Positions 54,549-64,000 of a stretch of DNA of 64,000 bases are shown piece by piece. Each line of letters begins with the position of its first letter. The stretch's first letter is position 1. Origin of the DNA: a virus. Its lineage: Duplodnaviria > Caudoviricetes. The notes under the pieces are model-generated. The model did no database searches. It was not told where the DNA came from and was given only the letters and a program-made list of their open reading frames with translations. A program made the position numbers and the translations under genes. The stretch is from IMG/VR virus record IMGVR_UViG_3300044541_000063, positions 11,819 to 75,818 of that record; one strand, given 5' to 3'.

Positions 54549-55712
54549 ATGGCACTCGCTAGGTGGCAGCGCACGATCACGACGAACGCCGGTCTAATCG
54601 TGCCGGGCGCGTCGATCGAGGTGCGGCGAGAGAGCGACAACGGGCTGGCGTCGCTGTTCTCTGACAGAGCCGGCACGGCGGCGATCCTCAATCCGTTCGT
54701 AGCTGACTCCGAGGGCTTCGCGGCGTTTCACGTCGTGGGCAGCGCCTACAAGATCACGGCGACGCTCGGCTCGCTCGTGAGAACGTGGCGCTATGTCGGC
54801 GTCGGGCTGGCTTCCGAGTTCGACGTCGATCAGTTGACCATCACGGCCGCGAACCTTCCGGACATGTCGGCGGGAACGACACTCGGGAGAGTGTTCGGAA
54901 CCGGGACGGGCGATCCAGTCGCCATGACCGGGTTGGAGACGTTCCTGAACTCGTCGGCGGCCGGCGGCTCGCTGGCTGGTCCCGGTCGCTTCATGTCGCT
55001 CTCCACGACTCCGGTGACGCTGACACTGGCAGACAGCGGGAAGCTAGTCACCAACTTCAACGCCACGCGCACGACCAATCTCCCGTCGCTCGCCAGCAGT
55101 CCTGGCGCGTGCTATGTCTTCTGGCACGGTGGAACCGGCTCGCTGACGGTCAACACGAACGGCGCAGACCAGATAACTTGGCCAGACACGAGCAGCGGGA
55201 CGACCGTCAACATCGGCGCTGGTCAGTCCTTCATTCTCACGAATGACGGAGGCGTGTGGGTCGCCCTTGGAAGCACCGTCAATCCCAAGATAGCGTCGCT
55301 GACTGCTGCGGCCTCCGTCTCGCTGGCGAGTGCGGCGCAGTACCGGTCCAACACGGCCGGCGGAATCGCTCTGAACCCCAACGAACTCTGGGCGTCGGCT
55401 GCTGCGTTCGGACTCACGGACGCGGCCACTATCGCCGTCGACATGAGCAGCGGCTACAATTTCAGCGTCACGCTCGGTGGCAACCGCACGCTCGGCAATC
55501 CCACTAATACTAAAAATGGCCAATGCGGAGCGATGCTCATCTCGCAGGACGGCACGGGAAGCAGAACGCTTGGATACGGCGCCAACTACGACTTCGCCGG
55601 CGGCACGCCGTTCGTTCTCTCGACCGGCATCAACGCGCGAGACCTACTGACGTACTACACGATCTCGTCGACGTCCATCCTGTTCACCGGAATCAACAAG
55701 GCCATCGCCTGA
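54549..55712 (+). CDS. Tail fibre protein
   Basis: N-terminal NPF-x-AD-x2-GF anchor motif; C-terminal LTDAATIAVD..TLGGNRTLGNP..QDGTGSRTL module. Confidence 0.75.
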   Translation: MALARWQRTITTNAGLIVPGASIEVRRESDNGLASLFSDRAGTAAILNPFVADSEGFAAFHVVGSAYKITATLGSLVRTWRYVGVGLASEFDVDQLTITAANLPDMSAGTTLGRVFGTGTGDPVAMTGLETFLNSSAAGGSLAGPGRFMSLSTTPVTLTLADSGKLVTNFNATRTTNLPSLASSPGACYVFWHGGTGSLTVNTNGADQITWPDTSSGTTVNIGAGQSFILTNDGGVWVALGSTVNPKIASLTAAASVSLASAAQYRSNTAGGIALNPNELWASAAAFGLTDAATIAVDMSSGYNFSVTLGGNRTLGNPTNTKNGQCGAMLISQDGTGSRTLGYGANYDFAGGTPFVLSTGINARDLLTYYTISSTSILFTGINKAIA

Positions 55713-56854
55713 TGCCCGTTCCAGGATCATCTCAGCAGGTGCAGTTCCCAACTCCTCCGGAGACGGGCGTGCAGGTCGGCTCGCTCTTCACCTGGGGATA
55801 CGCTGACGAAGGAAGACTCGGCAACGGGGCAGCTCCACCAGGAACTAACACGTCTTCGCCTGTCCAGGTCGGCGCGCTGTCCTGGCAGATGGTCTCGTGC
55901 GGCGGCGGCTCGTCGATCAACGACGGACACGGCCACATGGCGGCCATCAGGTCGGACGGACTGCTGTTCACCTGGGGAGCCAACGGAGATGGGCAGCTCG
56001 GCAACGGCAACACCGGCACCAATCAGTCGTCGCCGGTTCAGATCGGCGCGTCCAGCTGGAAGTTCGTGTCGTGCGGAGCAAACAATGGCCACGCCATCAG
56101 GGTCGACGGTCTGTTGTTTGGCTGGGGAAACAACGCTAGTGGACAGATAGGCGACGGAACCACCACTCTCAGGAACTCGCCGGTTCAGATCGGCGCGTCA
56201 AGCTGGAAAGTAGTGGCGGGCTGCGACCAGACCACGTTCGGGATCGACATCAACGGGCGTCTGTTCGCGTGGGGAACCGGCATCAACGGAATCCTCGGCG
56301 ACGGCACGAGCGTCAGCAAGAGCTCGCCGGTTCAGATCGGCGCGTCCAGCTGGACGATGGTGCACGCCGGTAGACACGTGACTTCTGCCATTGCCCTGAG
56401 AATAGACGGTCTCCTGTTCGCGTGGGGCAGCAATACGGCCGGTCTACTGGGAGTCAACAGCGCGACGGTGACATTCTCGTCGCCTGTTGCCATCGGCGCG
56501 TCGAGCTGGATGATGTGCGCCATGACTGGAATTGGCGGCATTGCCATTCGCATCGATGGACTGCTGTTCTCCTGGGGAAGCTTGCCGGGCGACGGCACAA
56601 TCACCAGCAAGTCGTCTCCTGTTCAGATCGGCTCCTCGACGTGGTCGAAGGTGTACGGCGGAGACTCGTGCAAGTGGATGATTCGGTCCGACAATGCTCT
56701 ATTCGTGGTCGGCTCTGGATTCGCGGACGGCACTGCCACACTCGCATCGTCGTCTCCTGTTCAGATCGGCACCTCGCAGTGGATTCAGATCGACTCTGGA
56801 CAGAACACGGCCGTATCGAACTTGAACACCTTCAGCGGGGGGATAAAGTTTTGA
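55712..56854 (+). CDS. RCC1/BLIP-II repeat beta-propeller (probable receptor-binding or fibre protein)
   Basis: Seven SSPVQIGASSW..G..LF-x-WG repeats. Confidence 0.85.
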   Translation: MPVPGSSQQVQFPTPPETGVQVGSLFTWGYADEGRLGNGAAPPGTNTSSPVQVGALSWQMVSCGGGSSINDGHGHMAAIRSDGLLFTWGANGDGQLGNGNTGTNQSSPVQIGASSWKFVSCGANNGHAIRVDGLLFGWGNNASGQIGDGTTTLRNSPVQIGASSWKVVAGCDQTTFGIDINGRLFAWGTGINGILGDGTSVSKSSPVQIGASSWTMVHAGRHVTSAIALRIDGLLFAWGSNTAGLLGVNSATVTFSSPVAIGASSWMMCAMTGIGGIAIRIDGLLFSWGSLPGDGTITSKSSPVQIGSSTWSKVYGGDSCKWMIRSDNALFVVGSGFADGTATLASSSPVQIGTSQWIQIDSGQNTAVSNLNTFSGGIKF

Positions 56855-57930
56855 CCGAGGTGCACCCACTCGACCGCGCCGTCGCGCTCGCGTATCGCGG
56901 CCAGCTCGACGAGGCCGAGGCGATCCTGCATGAGAACAGGGCAGACGCGCGAGCGCAGTTCAACATCGGCTGGCACGAGTGCCGACGCGGTCTCTGGCAC
57001 AACGCCGCCGTCTACCTCGACGTCGGCCGCATGCTGCAGTGCTACGGCTCGCCGCCCCTCAGGTGCGGCAAGCCGGTATGGAACGAGTTTCCGCTCGAGG
57101 GCAAGACGCTGCATCTGCGCTGCGAAGGCGGCTACGGAGACGAGATCATCGGCGTGCGCTGGGCGAAGAACTTCGCCGGGCTCGGCGCGCGCGTGCACGT
57201 CAGCTGCTCCCCCGGCCTAGCGTCGCTGTTCGCACGCGTACCGGGGGTGAGTGCTGTCACAGACTTTCGCGGAGCCGACTACGTGCACTGCGACTACTGG
57301 ATGCCGGCGATGTCGTGCATGCGGTGGTTCGAGCCTGACGGTAAGCCGTATCTGGCGGCAAGTCACGATAAGCGCAGACACTGGGAAGAGCGTATCGGCA
57401 GTCGGAGACTGGTATTCTGGGAGGAGCGGCTGAATACCGTCGGAAGAAGAGACAGCCCGAAGCGCGTCGGCATCAAGTGGGCCGGCAACCCGAGGTTCGA
57501 GGGCGAGCAGCATCGAAGATTTCCCATCGACCTGATGCTGCAGCTGGCGCGCGACTGGCCCGAGGTTCAGTTCTACTCGCTGCAGTGCGGCAACGACCTT
57601 GTCGATCTGTCCGGCACCAGTGTCGTAGACCTGGGTCCAGACCTCAAGGACTGGGACGAGACGGCCGCCGCCGTCAGCAACCTAGACCTGGTGATCTCGT
57701 CCTGCACGGGCGTGGCGCACTGCGCCGCGGCCATTGGCGTTCCGACGTGGGTTGTGGTACCAGTGATGCCGTACTACCTCTGGGCGGTGCCGGGCGAGCG
57801 CAGCGTGTGGTACGACTCGGTGCGCTTGTTTCGGCAGAAGGTCTTCGGCGAGTGGGAGCATCCGTTCCAGGAGATATCGCAGGCGATGTTCAAGTTGTTC
57901 TCGAAAGAGGAGCTGCGCCATGTTGGCTAG
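56851..57930 (+). CDS. TPR plus glycosyltransferase family 9-like protein
   Basis: TTGA coupling; EGGYGDEI, VGIKWAGNP, YSLQ, DWDETAA..LDLVISSCTGVAHCAAAIG..WYDSVRLFRQ. Confidence 0.85.
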   Translation: MTEVHPLDRAVALAYRGQLDEAEAILHENRADARAQFNIGWHECRRGLWHNAAVYLDVGRMLQCYGSPPLRCGKPVWNEFPLEGKTLHLRCEGGYGDEIIGVRWAKNFAGLGARVHVSCSPGLASLFARVPGVSAVTDFRGADYVHCDYWMPAMSCMRWFEPDGKPYLAASHDKRRHWEERIGSRRLVFWEERLNTVGRRDSPKRVGIKWAGNPRFEGEQHRRFPIDLMLQLARDWPEVQFYSLQCGNDLVDLSGTSVVDLGPDLKDWDETAAAVSNLDLVISSCTGVAHCAAAIGVPTWVVVPVMPYYLWAVPGERSVWYDSVRLFRQKVFGEWEHPFQEISQAMFKLFSKEELRHVG

Positions 57931-58384
57931 AGCAGACACCCTGGAGCCGTGGAGGGGCGAGCCGCTGCAGGTGACCATCGACACGGCGACCGTCACGTTC
58001 GAGGACGGTCGCCCGCCGCAAGAACTCAAAGTTGAGCCGTACGCGGTCACGCGCAAGTATCCACTCAACATCGGAGAGATGTGGACGAGGGAGGACTTGC
58101 TGGCCGTCGGTCTCATTCGCGTGATACTGGCCACTCCGCCGGCCGGCAAGCAGTTCGCGCCCGGCGAGCCGACGTACGCGCGCGACGGCGACGTGGCGCG
58201 CGAGGTGCGACCCATCGAGGACATTCCGCCGCCGCGCGAGACCGTCACCATAGAGAAGACTGAGCACGACAAGCTGGTCGCTGACGCCGAGAGTTGGCGC
58301 ACGCAGGGCATCGCGATGGCGGCTCGACTGGCAACAATCGAGGAGAATGATAATGCAGCACCCGTATCTAGAACTGAAGGGTGA
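57920..58384 (+). CDS. Hypothetical protein (tail-fibre-assembly-like)
   Basis: GAGGAG RBS; position at the end of the tail module. Confidence 0.6.
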   Translation: MLARADTLEPWRGEPLQVTIDTATVTFEDGRPPQELKVEPYAVTRKYPLNIGEMWTREDLLAVGLIRVILATPPAGKQFAPGEPTYARDGDVAREVRPIEDIPPPRETVTIEKTEHDKLVADAESWRTQGIAMAARLATIEENDNAAPVSRTEG

Positions 58385-59207
58385 GTACGAGCGGCGCCTC
58401 GCGGCGCTGAAGATCACTCGAGCGCCCGAGTTGCAGCGGCGCGCCGAGCAGATCCTGCGCCGGCCCGAGGTCATCAGAAACTTCGAGCCGGTCCAGGACC
58501 AGCTGAAGATACCGATGGTGTGGATGATCTGCTCGTTCGAGCGCGAGTCCAGTCTCGACTTCAGGACCTCGCCGGCTCAGGGCGACCCGTGGATCAAGGT
58601 GTCCACGCACGTGCCGGCCGGCGTTGGACCGTTCGCGAGTTTCACAGAGGCGGCCATCTGGTCGTACAGGCACGACGGCCTCGACAAGAACTCCGCTCCG
58701 TGGACGTGGTCCTACATGATGTGGGCGTGGGAGAAGTTCAACGGCTTCGGGCCGCGCAACCACGGCCGCGTCTCAGGCTACAACTTCTCGGGGACCGATC
58801 AGTACGATCCGCCGAAGGGCGAGGGCGGCAAGTACGAGTCCGACAACCACTGGTCAGCCGGCGCTGTCGACAAGCAGCTTGGATGCGTGCCTCTGGCGGT
58901 GTTCCTCTCGCACCTCGAACCGAGACTCATGGTGCCGGGCTTCCCGTCCGGTCCGATCGTCGTGCCGCAGGGCATCGTCGTCACTCCGACTCCTGTCGGC
59001 GTCGGCGGCGGAACCAGAAGCGCGGCGTGGGTGCAGCACGCACTCAACCAGCTGTCGGTCGAGGGAACGCCGCTCGTCGAGGACAACAGCTACGGCCGCA
59101 AGACGCGCAACGCCGTTCGCGCCTTCCAGGCAGCGCACGGCCTGGACGCCGACGGGCTGGCCGGACCGAAGACCATCGCGGCTCTCGAACGAGAGTTCGC
59201 GAACTAG
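58347..59207 (+). CDS. Endolysin: lysozyme-like catalytic domain plus PG-binding domain
   Basis: ERESS..QGDP..EKFNGFG..KY..D..DKQLG; C-terminal DNSYGRKTRNAVRAFQAAHGLDADGLAGPKT. Confidence 0.9.
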   Translation: MIMQHPYLELKGEYERRLAALKITRAPELQRRAEQILRRPEVIRNFEPVQDQLKIPMVWMICSFERESSLDFRTSPAQGDPWIKVSTHVPAGVGPFASFTEAAIWSYRHDGLDKNSAPWTWSYMMWAWEKFNGFGPRNHGRVSGYNFSGTDQYDPPKGEGGKYESDNHWSAGAVDKQLGCVPLAVFLSHLEPRLMVPGFPSGPIVVPQGIVVTPTPVGVGGGTRSAAWVQHALNQLSVEGTPLVEDNSYGRKTRNAVRAFQAAHGLDADGLAGPKTIAALEREFAN

Positions 59208-59264
59208 TTCACGCGGGTCCCGTCGGGGTCTGCCTGAAAGAGCGCAAGAGGAAGGGATACGTGG

Positions 59265-59699
59265 ATGCTACGAATGCTCATGCGCTACCTCACCACGAAG
59301 CTAGACGCCATCCACCGTCTGGTGATGTCTATCAAGATAACACTGGAGACTATCATGCTGAACTTACAAGGACTGACTGCTGCGAACGCCACACTCGTGG
59401 AGAAGATCACCGACCTGGAGACCGTCACGTCCGGCGTCGTGGCACTGCAGAAGCAAAGTGCTCAGCAGCTGCGCGACCTCGCGGCTCAGATCGAGGCGCT
59501 CAAGGCGAGCGCCGGCAATCCTGAGACTCAGCAGGCAGAGATCGACACGCTGGCTCAGGCCACGCGCGACCTCGCCACCGACGTCGAGACGAAGGCGAAG
59601 GCGGCAGCTGCGGCTCTCGTCGAGAACACCGACGCCGCCGACGAGCACACCAACGAGCCGGTTCCGGAGCCGGTTCCCGCCGCTCCCAACGCGGGCTGA
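59265..59699 (+). CDS. Coiled-coil hypothetical protein
   Basis: Heptad pattern; located in the lysis region. Confidence 0.6.
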   Translation: MLRMLMRYLTTKLDAIHRLVMSIKITLETIMLNLQGLTAANATLVEKITDLETVTSGVVALQKQSAQQLRDLAAQIEALKASAGNPETQQAEIDTLAQATRDLATDVETKAKAAAAALVENTDAADEHTNEPVPEPVPAAPNAG

Positions 59700-59801
59700 C
59701 CTAATCGTCTCGCCGGTGGTGCCGCTAGGATTCGCGCGGCTCAATCTGCAGCCGGAATGCAGGCCATCGTCGTCTTCACCACTAATCATCGGGAGAGTCA
59801 C

Positions 59802-60353
59802 GTGGGTCGGAAACTGATTCTGTTAGCTGCACTCGTCGCCGTCGCCGGACCGGCGCTGGCGGAGACCGCCACCGTAGAGGTCACGCAGCCGGGCTGGCTG
59901 CAGTACGTCAACGCGGGCGTGTCGGGACTTCTGGCCCTCGGCCTCGGCTGGCTGGGCCTGATCCTCAAGAACAAGTGGGGAATCGAGATCGACGCGAAGC
60001 AGCGCGAGCTGCTCGCGGCGTTCCTGTCGCGGCAGGCCGCGTCGCTCGTCGCCGACGGCTTCGTCAGGATCAATCAGCTGAAAGTGCTGGTCGACCATCC
60101 GGCGCTGGTCGCCGCCGCCAGGACCGCCCTGACTGCCATTCCAGACGCGCTGAAGCACTTCGGCCTGACTCCAGACAAGCTCGAGGCGATGATCGTCGAC
60201 AAGATTCCAGTCGTCCCGTCGGTCGCGGCAGTAGCCGGCGCGCAGGCGGCTCCCCCGGTTCCACTGGCAACCTCCTCGGTGGTCGTAGAGGCCGCCGCTG
60301 GTAGCGCCGTCGAGACGGGGCCGGGGAATGTCGTAGTCGAGAAGAAGCCGTGA
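59802..60353 (+). CDS. Membrane protein, holin-like
   Basis: GGGAG RBS before GTG; two hydrophobic segments; KNKWGIEID motif. Confidence 0.55.
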   Translation: MGRKLILLAALVAVAGPALAETATVEVTQPGWLQYVNAGVSGLLALGLGWLGLILKNKWGIEIDAKQRELLAAFLSRQAASLVADGFVRINQLKVLVDHPALVAAARTALTAIPDALKHFGLTPDKLEAMIVDKIPVVPSVAAVAGAQAAPPVPLATSSVVVEAAAGSAVETGPGNVVVEKKP

Positions 60354-60601
60354 TAGAGATACTCACCGGCTGGCTCCTGACTCAGGGAGTGCCGATGATA
60401 CTCGGTTTCGCGCTGAACGCCCTCACGCAGTACATCACGGCGCAGCAGCACGACACCGACGTCGGAGAACGTGCCAGACTGCAGGAGCACAACAGACAGT
60501 TGGAGGAGGCCGTCAGGGTCGAGCACCAGCTGGCAGAGGAGGCCGCCAAGCGCGTGTCCGAGGACGACGCCCTGAAGCGGCTGGAGGCGGGTACCGCATG
60601 A
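60350..60601 (+). CDS. Inner-membrane spanin candidate (Rz-like)
   Basis: N-terminal transmembrane helix plus coiled coil. Confidence 0.55.
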   Translation: MIEILTGWLLTQGVPMILGFALNALTQYITAQQHDTDVGERARLQEHNRQLEEAVRVEHQLAEEAAKRVSEDDALKRLEAGTA

Positions 60602-60846
60602 ACGGGACGTGGTGCTTAGGCATCTTGCTCATGTTCTGCGGAGAACCGACGGTCGCGACGAGGGGCGCAGCGATCGTCTGTCCGCCGGTCATAGAGTGGC
60701 CGGCGGATCTGCAACGTCGAGCAGCCGCAGAGCTGCGAGCTCTTCCGAAGGGGTCTGCGCTGAGCGAGGTCGCTAGGCGCGCAATCGAGCAGCGCGACGT
60801 CAACCGACGGTGCGTCGCGGAGCAGCAGAAGGGCAACATTCAGTAA
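60598..60846 (+). CDS. Outer-membrane spanin candidate (Rz1-like)
   Basis: Hydrophobic leader with Cys; CPPVIEW..RAAAELRALP..C pattern. Confidence 0.55.
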   Translation: MNGTWCLGILLMFCGEPTVATRGAAIVCPPVIEWPADLQRRAAAELRALPKGSALSEVARRAIEQRDVNRRCVAEQQKGNIQ

Positions 60847-61103
60847 TGTCAGGGGCTGAAAATGGAACATCTTCTACGGGAGAAGTTCACGAGCAAGGAT
60901 GCGGTGCAATGCACGGTGAGATAGAGCCTTCTGCGAGGACTCTCTCCTCGGACGAGATCAAGGCCGTGCGGAAAATGCTGGACGCGTACGACAAGTCAAA
61001 GTGGCTTGGGGGACTCATGTTCAAGGTCGTGATCGGTATCGGGACCTTGGTAGGTGTCTTGTCTACGTTCAAGAGCCAGCTGCTAAGTCTTATAAGAGGG
61101 TAG
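60846..61103 (+). CDS. Single-TM membrane protein (holin candidate)
   Basis: TAATG coupling; C-terminal transmembrane helix. Confidence 0.55.
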   Translation: MSGAENGTSSTGEVHEQGCGAMHGEIEPSARTLSSDEIKAVRKMLDAYDKSKWLGGLMFKVVIGIGTLVGVLSTFKSQLLSLIRG

Positions 61104-61105
61104 AT

Positions 61106-61573
61106 ATGAACACGCCTTCCTGGAAGGTGCAGAATTTTGTGTATCTGCCGTTGGCAGTCGTTCTGGTTGGACTCGTTTTCTACTGGTACTGGCTGTCCAC
61201 TCTGCCGATACACGAACTCTACGAGACCAAGATGACTCCGTCGGTCGTCACGCCGGGCGCTGACGGCAGGCTGTGCACCACGCTGACTGTCGTGTCGATT
61301 CGATCTAGACGGTGCGAGGTCACAGTCATCAGGCGAACCTTCGCTCGAGTGAGCGACAATCAGGTCATGATGGAGTTGATGTCGTCTGGTGGACTGATGG
61401 AGCCGAACGGCAAGAGAACGGAGGGTCCACCGACGCACATCTGCTTTCCGACTGAGCTGTTCGAAGACGGCGAGTACCTCGCGAGCACTCGCGCGGACAA
61501 CCGATGCAGCGACGGCACTCTGACGACCGCCATCAGCGACTTCGCGAGGTTTCAGATCAGGAGAAATCCATAG
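61106..61573 (+). CDS. Membrane-anchored protein with a periplasmic beta domain
   Basis: N-terminal transmembrane helix; four Cys. Confidence 0.65.
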   Translation: MNTPSWKVQNFVYLPLAVVLVGLVFYWYWLSTLPIHELYETKMTPSVVTPGADGRLCTTLTVVSIRSRRCEVTVIRRTFARVSDNQVMMELMSSGGLMEPNGKRTEGPPTHICFPTELFEDGEYLASTRADNRCSDGTLTTAISDFARFQIRRNP

Positions 61574-61589
61574 CAGAGGAGAGAAGACC

Positions 61590-62315
61590 ATGGCGCGTGC
61601 TCCCGGGGCTGGGAGAAGGCGTGTTGAGGTGGAAGGGGAACACAGCGAGGGTGGTGGTAGAGCGATCGTGGTACCAAGTCCTGATCCAACGACTGCCACC
61701 ACGGAGAGTCTGCTCCGCGAGATAGCGCACGCGAAGGACTTCGGCGACGTCCTTGTCAAGTTCGTGCGCGAGATCGTGGAGCAGAAGATCATAGGAGCGC
61801 GCGAAACTCTCGAGGCGCGTCTCAATGGCAACGATCAGGCGGTCACGCTGCTGCGATCGTCGACCGACAAGACTCCTGGTATGATCGACGCGGCCGTCAC
61901 GCAGCTGCGAACCATCATCGAGCAGAAGCTGATGACTCAGGACGAGAAGTTCAAGTCGGTAGAGACGCAGTTCAAGGAGCGAGACACGCGTCAGGAGCAG
62001 ACGACCAAGGACAGCGGCAAGGCCATCGATGCCGCCTTCGCCGCCGCCGACAAGTCTATGTCGAAGACCGAGACTGGTTTTGCCAAGCAGATAGACGAGC
62101 AGGGCAAGCGCGTCGATGCCGGCTTCGCCAGTCTTACCGAGAAGAACGACGACCTGAAGGAGCGAATCACGGCGATCGAGTCTAGAACGCAGGGCATCAC
62201 GGCCAACGCCACTGAGAACAGATCGGTCAGCCGCGATAGCACGGCGGTGTTTCTCGGCATCGCCGCCATAGTGGCGGCGGTGGTCATACCCATCGCGCTG
62301 CGGCTGGTGCGCTAG
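61590..62315 (+). CDS. Coiled-coil protein with a C-terminal transmembrane anchor
   Basis: GAGGAG RBS; heptads; hydrophobic end. Confidence 0.7.
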   Translation: MARAPGAGRRRVEVEGEHSEGGGRAIVVPSPDPTTATTESLLREIAHAKDFGDVLVKFVREIVEQKIIGARETLEARLNGNDQAVTLLRSSTDKTPGMIDAAVTQLRTIIEQKLMTQDEKFKSVETQFKERDTRQEQTTKDSGKAIDAAFAAADKSMSKTETGFAKQIDEQGKRVDAGFASLTEKNDDLKERITAIESRTQGITANATENRSVSRDSTAVFLGIAAIVAAVVIPIALRLVR

Positions 62316-62338
62316 CACCGTCCCAGGACGCACAAGCC

Positions 62339-62366
62339 AGCCGGGCGGCGCCACCCCCGGCTTTTT
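62339..62366 (+). terminator. Rho-independent terminator ending the late operon
   Basis: AGCCGGG-10 nt-CCCGGCT followed by TTTT; lies between convergent genes. Confidence 0.75.
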
Positions 62367-62552
62367 GCTGCCCGCGTCTCAGAGCGACCCTGGACGGCGG
62401 CGGACAGCCTATTTACCTCGCCCCCTTGCCCTGGTAGCTTGGCCGGGCTGGCAGCGGTGGCCGCTACCGCCCTCGGGGCGGCCTCCTGTCTAACCGCCGT
62501 CAGTCACGCCTGTCCTTGGCCGCGTCCCGCGCACACCGGGGCGCGGCCATTT

Positions 62553-63998
62553 TCATATCAGCCACTCGCGGTAGTTCTCGCCCGTTATGGCCGTCGCGAT
62601 ATCGATCTTCTGGCGCAGCGCGCGCACGATCTTCTCCTCCACGGTGCCGCGCGCTATCAAGTCGACATAGGTCACCGAGTTCTTCTGCCCCTTGCGGTGG
62701 TTCCGGTCCTCGGACTGCTGTCGCATCTCAAGGTTGTAGCTGTTCGCGGCGTAGATTGCCAAGTCGGCGTTGACCCACGTGTTGCCGCGTCCGCCTGCGG
62801 ACTGAGTCGCGACCATGAACTTGCAGTCTGGGTCCCCGAGAAAGCGCTGCTCGTCCTCGCCTCGCGTTCGCATGTTTCCACCGTGGAACTGCGCCGTGCT
62901 GCCGAGGCCGAACTCCTTCTCCAGCGCGGCGACGATCTTCCGCAGCTCCTGGTGATACGTGCACCAGATGATTGCCTTGCCGCGATGCTCTCCGAGCACT
63001 TCGAGGATGGCGTCGACGCGATTGCTCGGCACGTCGTGCATCTTGCCGTCCTCGTCGACCACGTGCCCGCACACCACCTGATGCATGCGAATCAGCTGCA
63101 CGATGACGGCCGTGGCCGTCACGTGAGCGTCATCGCCGAGCTGCGACGTGGCGAACTCCTTGATCTCCTGGTAGATTCGACGCTGCTCCTTGGTCAGCTC
63201 CACCTCGCGCGGCTGATACACTTTTGGCTGGAGGTCCAGGCAGTCCTCCTTCAGCACGCGGTAGCTGTACGGTGCGATCAGCTCCTTGAGCTCGCCGACG
63301 TTGCGATAGCCCTTGACGACCTTCGTCGGCCATCGCCTGCCCGGAAACTGCTGCTTGACGATGATGGCGTAGCGCGCCTGGAAGTTTGCCCAACTCTCGT
63401 GACCGAGGATGCGCCAGTCCAGGAAACTGAACTGCATGAACAGGTCCAGCGGCGAGTTCGGCGCGACCAGTCCAGACATGATGCGCCGCGCGCCCATCAT
63501 CTGTCCCAGCCTCACGCACTCCTTGGCGCGCATGGCGTCGTACGACTTGATGGTGGTGCTCTCGTCTATCGTCATCATGGTGCGCGGGCCGGCTACCGCG
63601 CTGATGGCCTCGAAGGCCGGGCTGTCCTCCCTCGACAGAGCCTCGACGTTGACGAAGAGCGCGCGCGGTCGACCCTTCTTCGCCCCAATCACGCGCCGCA
63701 GCTGCTCCCTCTGCTCAGCGTTGCCTCCCCCGGCTCTCCAGCCCGCGACCAGCATGCTGCGTCGCAGCCCCGGGTCCAGGTGAGCGTTGAGCTCGGACTT
63801 CTGATCGTCCGACTTGTCGAGGTACCAGTTTCGGTACGAGCCGGCCGGCGCCACGACGACGAGCGTGTCCATGTCGTTGGCCTCGACTCGGACCTGCCAC
63901 TCGATGAGATTGACGTACGTCTTTCCTGTTCCCATCTCCATCAGCCACGCGAACACGTCGGCTGAGGACGGATTCCTCGGCTTGTTGAACGACTTCAT
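62553..63998 (-). CDS. SNF2-like superfamily 2 helicase (5' end probably outside window)
   Basis: MEMGTGKT, IDESTTIK, MSGLVAPNSPLDLF, GGRGNTW, RQQSEDRNHRKGQ. Confidence 0.92.
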   Translation of the reverse strand: MKSFNKPRNPSSADVFAWLMEMGTGKTYVNLIEWQVRVEANDMDTLVVVAPAGSYRNWYLDKSDDQKSELNAHLDPGLRRSMLVAGWRAGGGNAEQREQLRRVIGAKKGRPRALFVNVEALSREDSPAFEAISAVAGPRTMMTIDESTTIKSYDAMRAKECVRLGQMMGARRIMSGLVAPNSPLDLFMQFSFLDWRILGHESWANFQARYAIIVKQQFPGRRWPTKVVKGYRNVGELKELIAPYSYRVLKEDCLDLQPKVYQPREVELTKEQRRIYQEIKEFATSQLGDDAHVTATAVIVQLIRMHQVVCGHVVDEDGKMHDVPSNRVDAILEVLGEHRGKAIIWCTYHQELRKIVAALEKEFGLGSTAQFHGGNMRTRGEDEQRFLGDPDCKFMVATQSAGGRGNTWVNADLAIYAANSYNLEMRQQSEDRNHRKGQKNSVTYVDLIARGTVEEKIVRALRQKIDIATAITGENYREWLI

Positions 63999-64000
63999 CA

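Noticed and set aside
56031-56354. 30-nt direct repeats at 56031, 56178 and 56325 with exact 147-bp spacing, superficially CRISPR- or DGR-like
   Set aside because: They are in-frame coding repeats (SPVQIGASSW) of the 49-aa RCC1 blades; spacing is too long for CRISPR, and no cas or reverse transcriptase gene is present

Overview
This window is most of a high-GC tailed dsDNA phage genome (siphovirus-type tail). The host is probably a Rhizobiales/Hyphomicrobiales alphaproteobacterium, inferred from a host-type Omp25/RopB outer-membrane gene and the endolysin/spanin types. No integrase, tRNA, rRNA or CRISPR array was seen. Layout: (1) 1-7977 (+): DNA base-modification and replication module with a glycosyltransferase, radical SAM/SPASM enzyme, UDG-fold protein, dCTP deaminase, dUMP-hydroxymethylase-type thymidylate synthase, HD nucleotidase, DUF1599-like protein and DNA polymerase A; (2) 8431-20846 (+): small early genes, a UvrD helicase and histone-like proteins; (3) 20839-22668 (-): nuclease/regulator cluster, followed by an iteron-like repeat region; (4) 23279-62315 (+): NusG paralogue, terminase, head, tail and lysis genes; (5) a truncated SNF2-like helicase (-). 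The most striking observation is a short peptide tag, D-[YW]-x-P-x-[EQH]-P-R-x-P-x-G-x3-GG-x-[WF], found 8 times in four head-module proteins (portal, MuF, a four-domain ADP-ribosyltransferase and the DUF2213 head protease). Each copy sits in front of an accessory domain, and these proteins also carry recognisable counter-defence folds (Acb1-like 2H phosphoesterase, ArdA-like DNA mimic, four ARTs, a zincin). I infer a modular, protease-processed, virion-packaged effector system. All family assignments are from motif recognition by eye; no searches were run.
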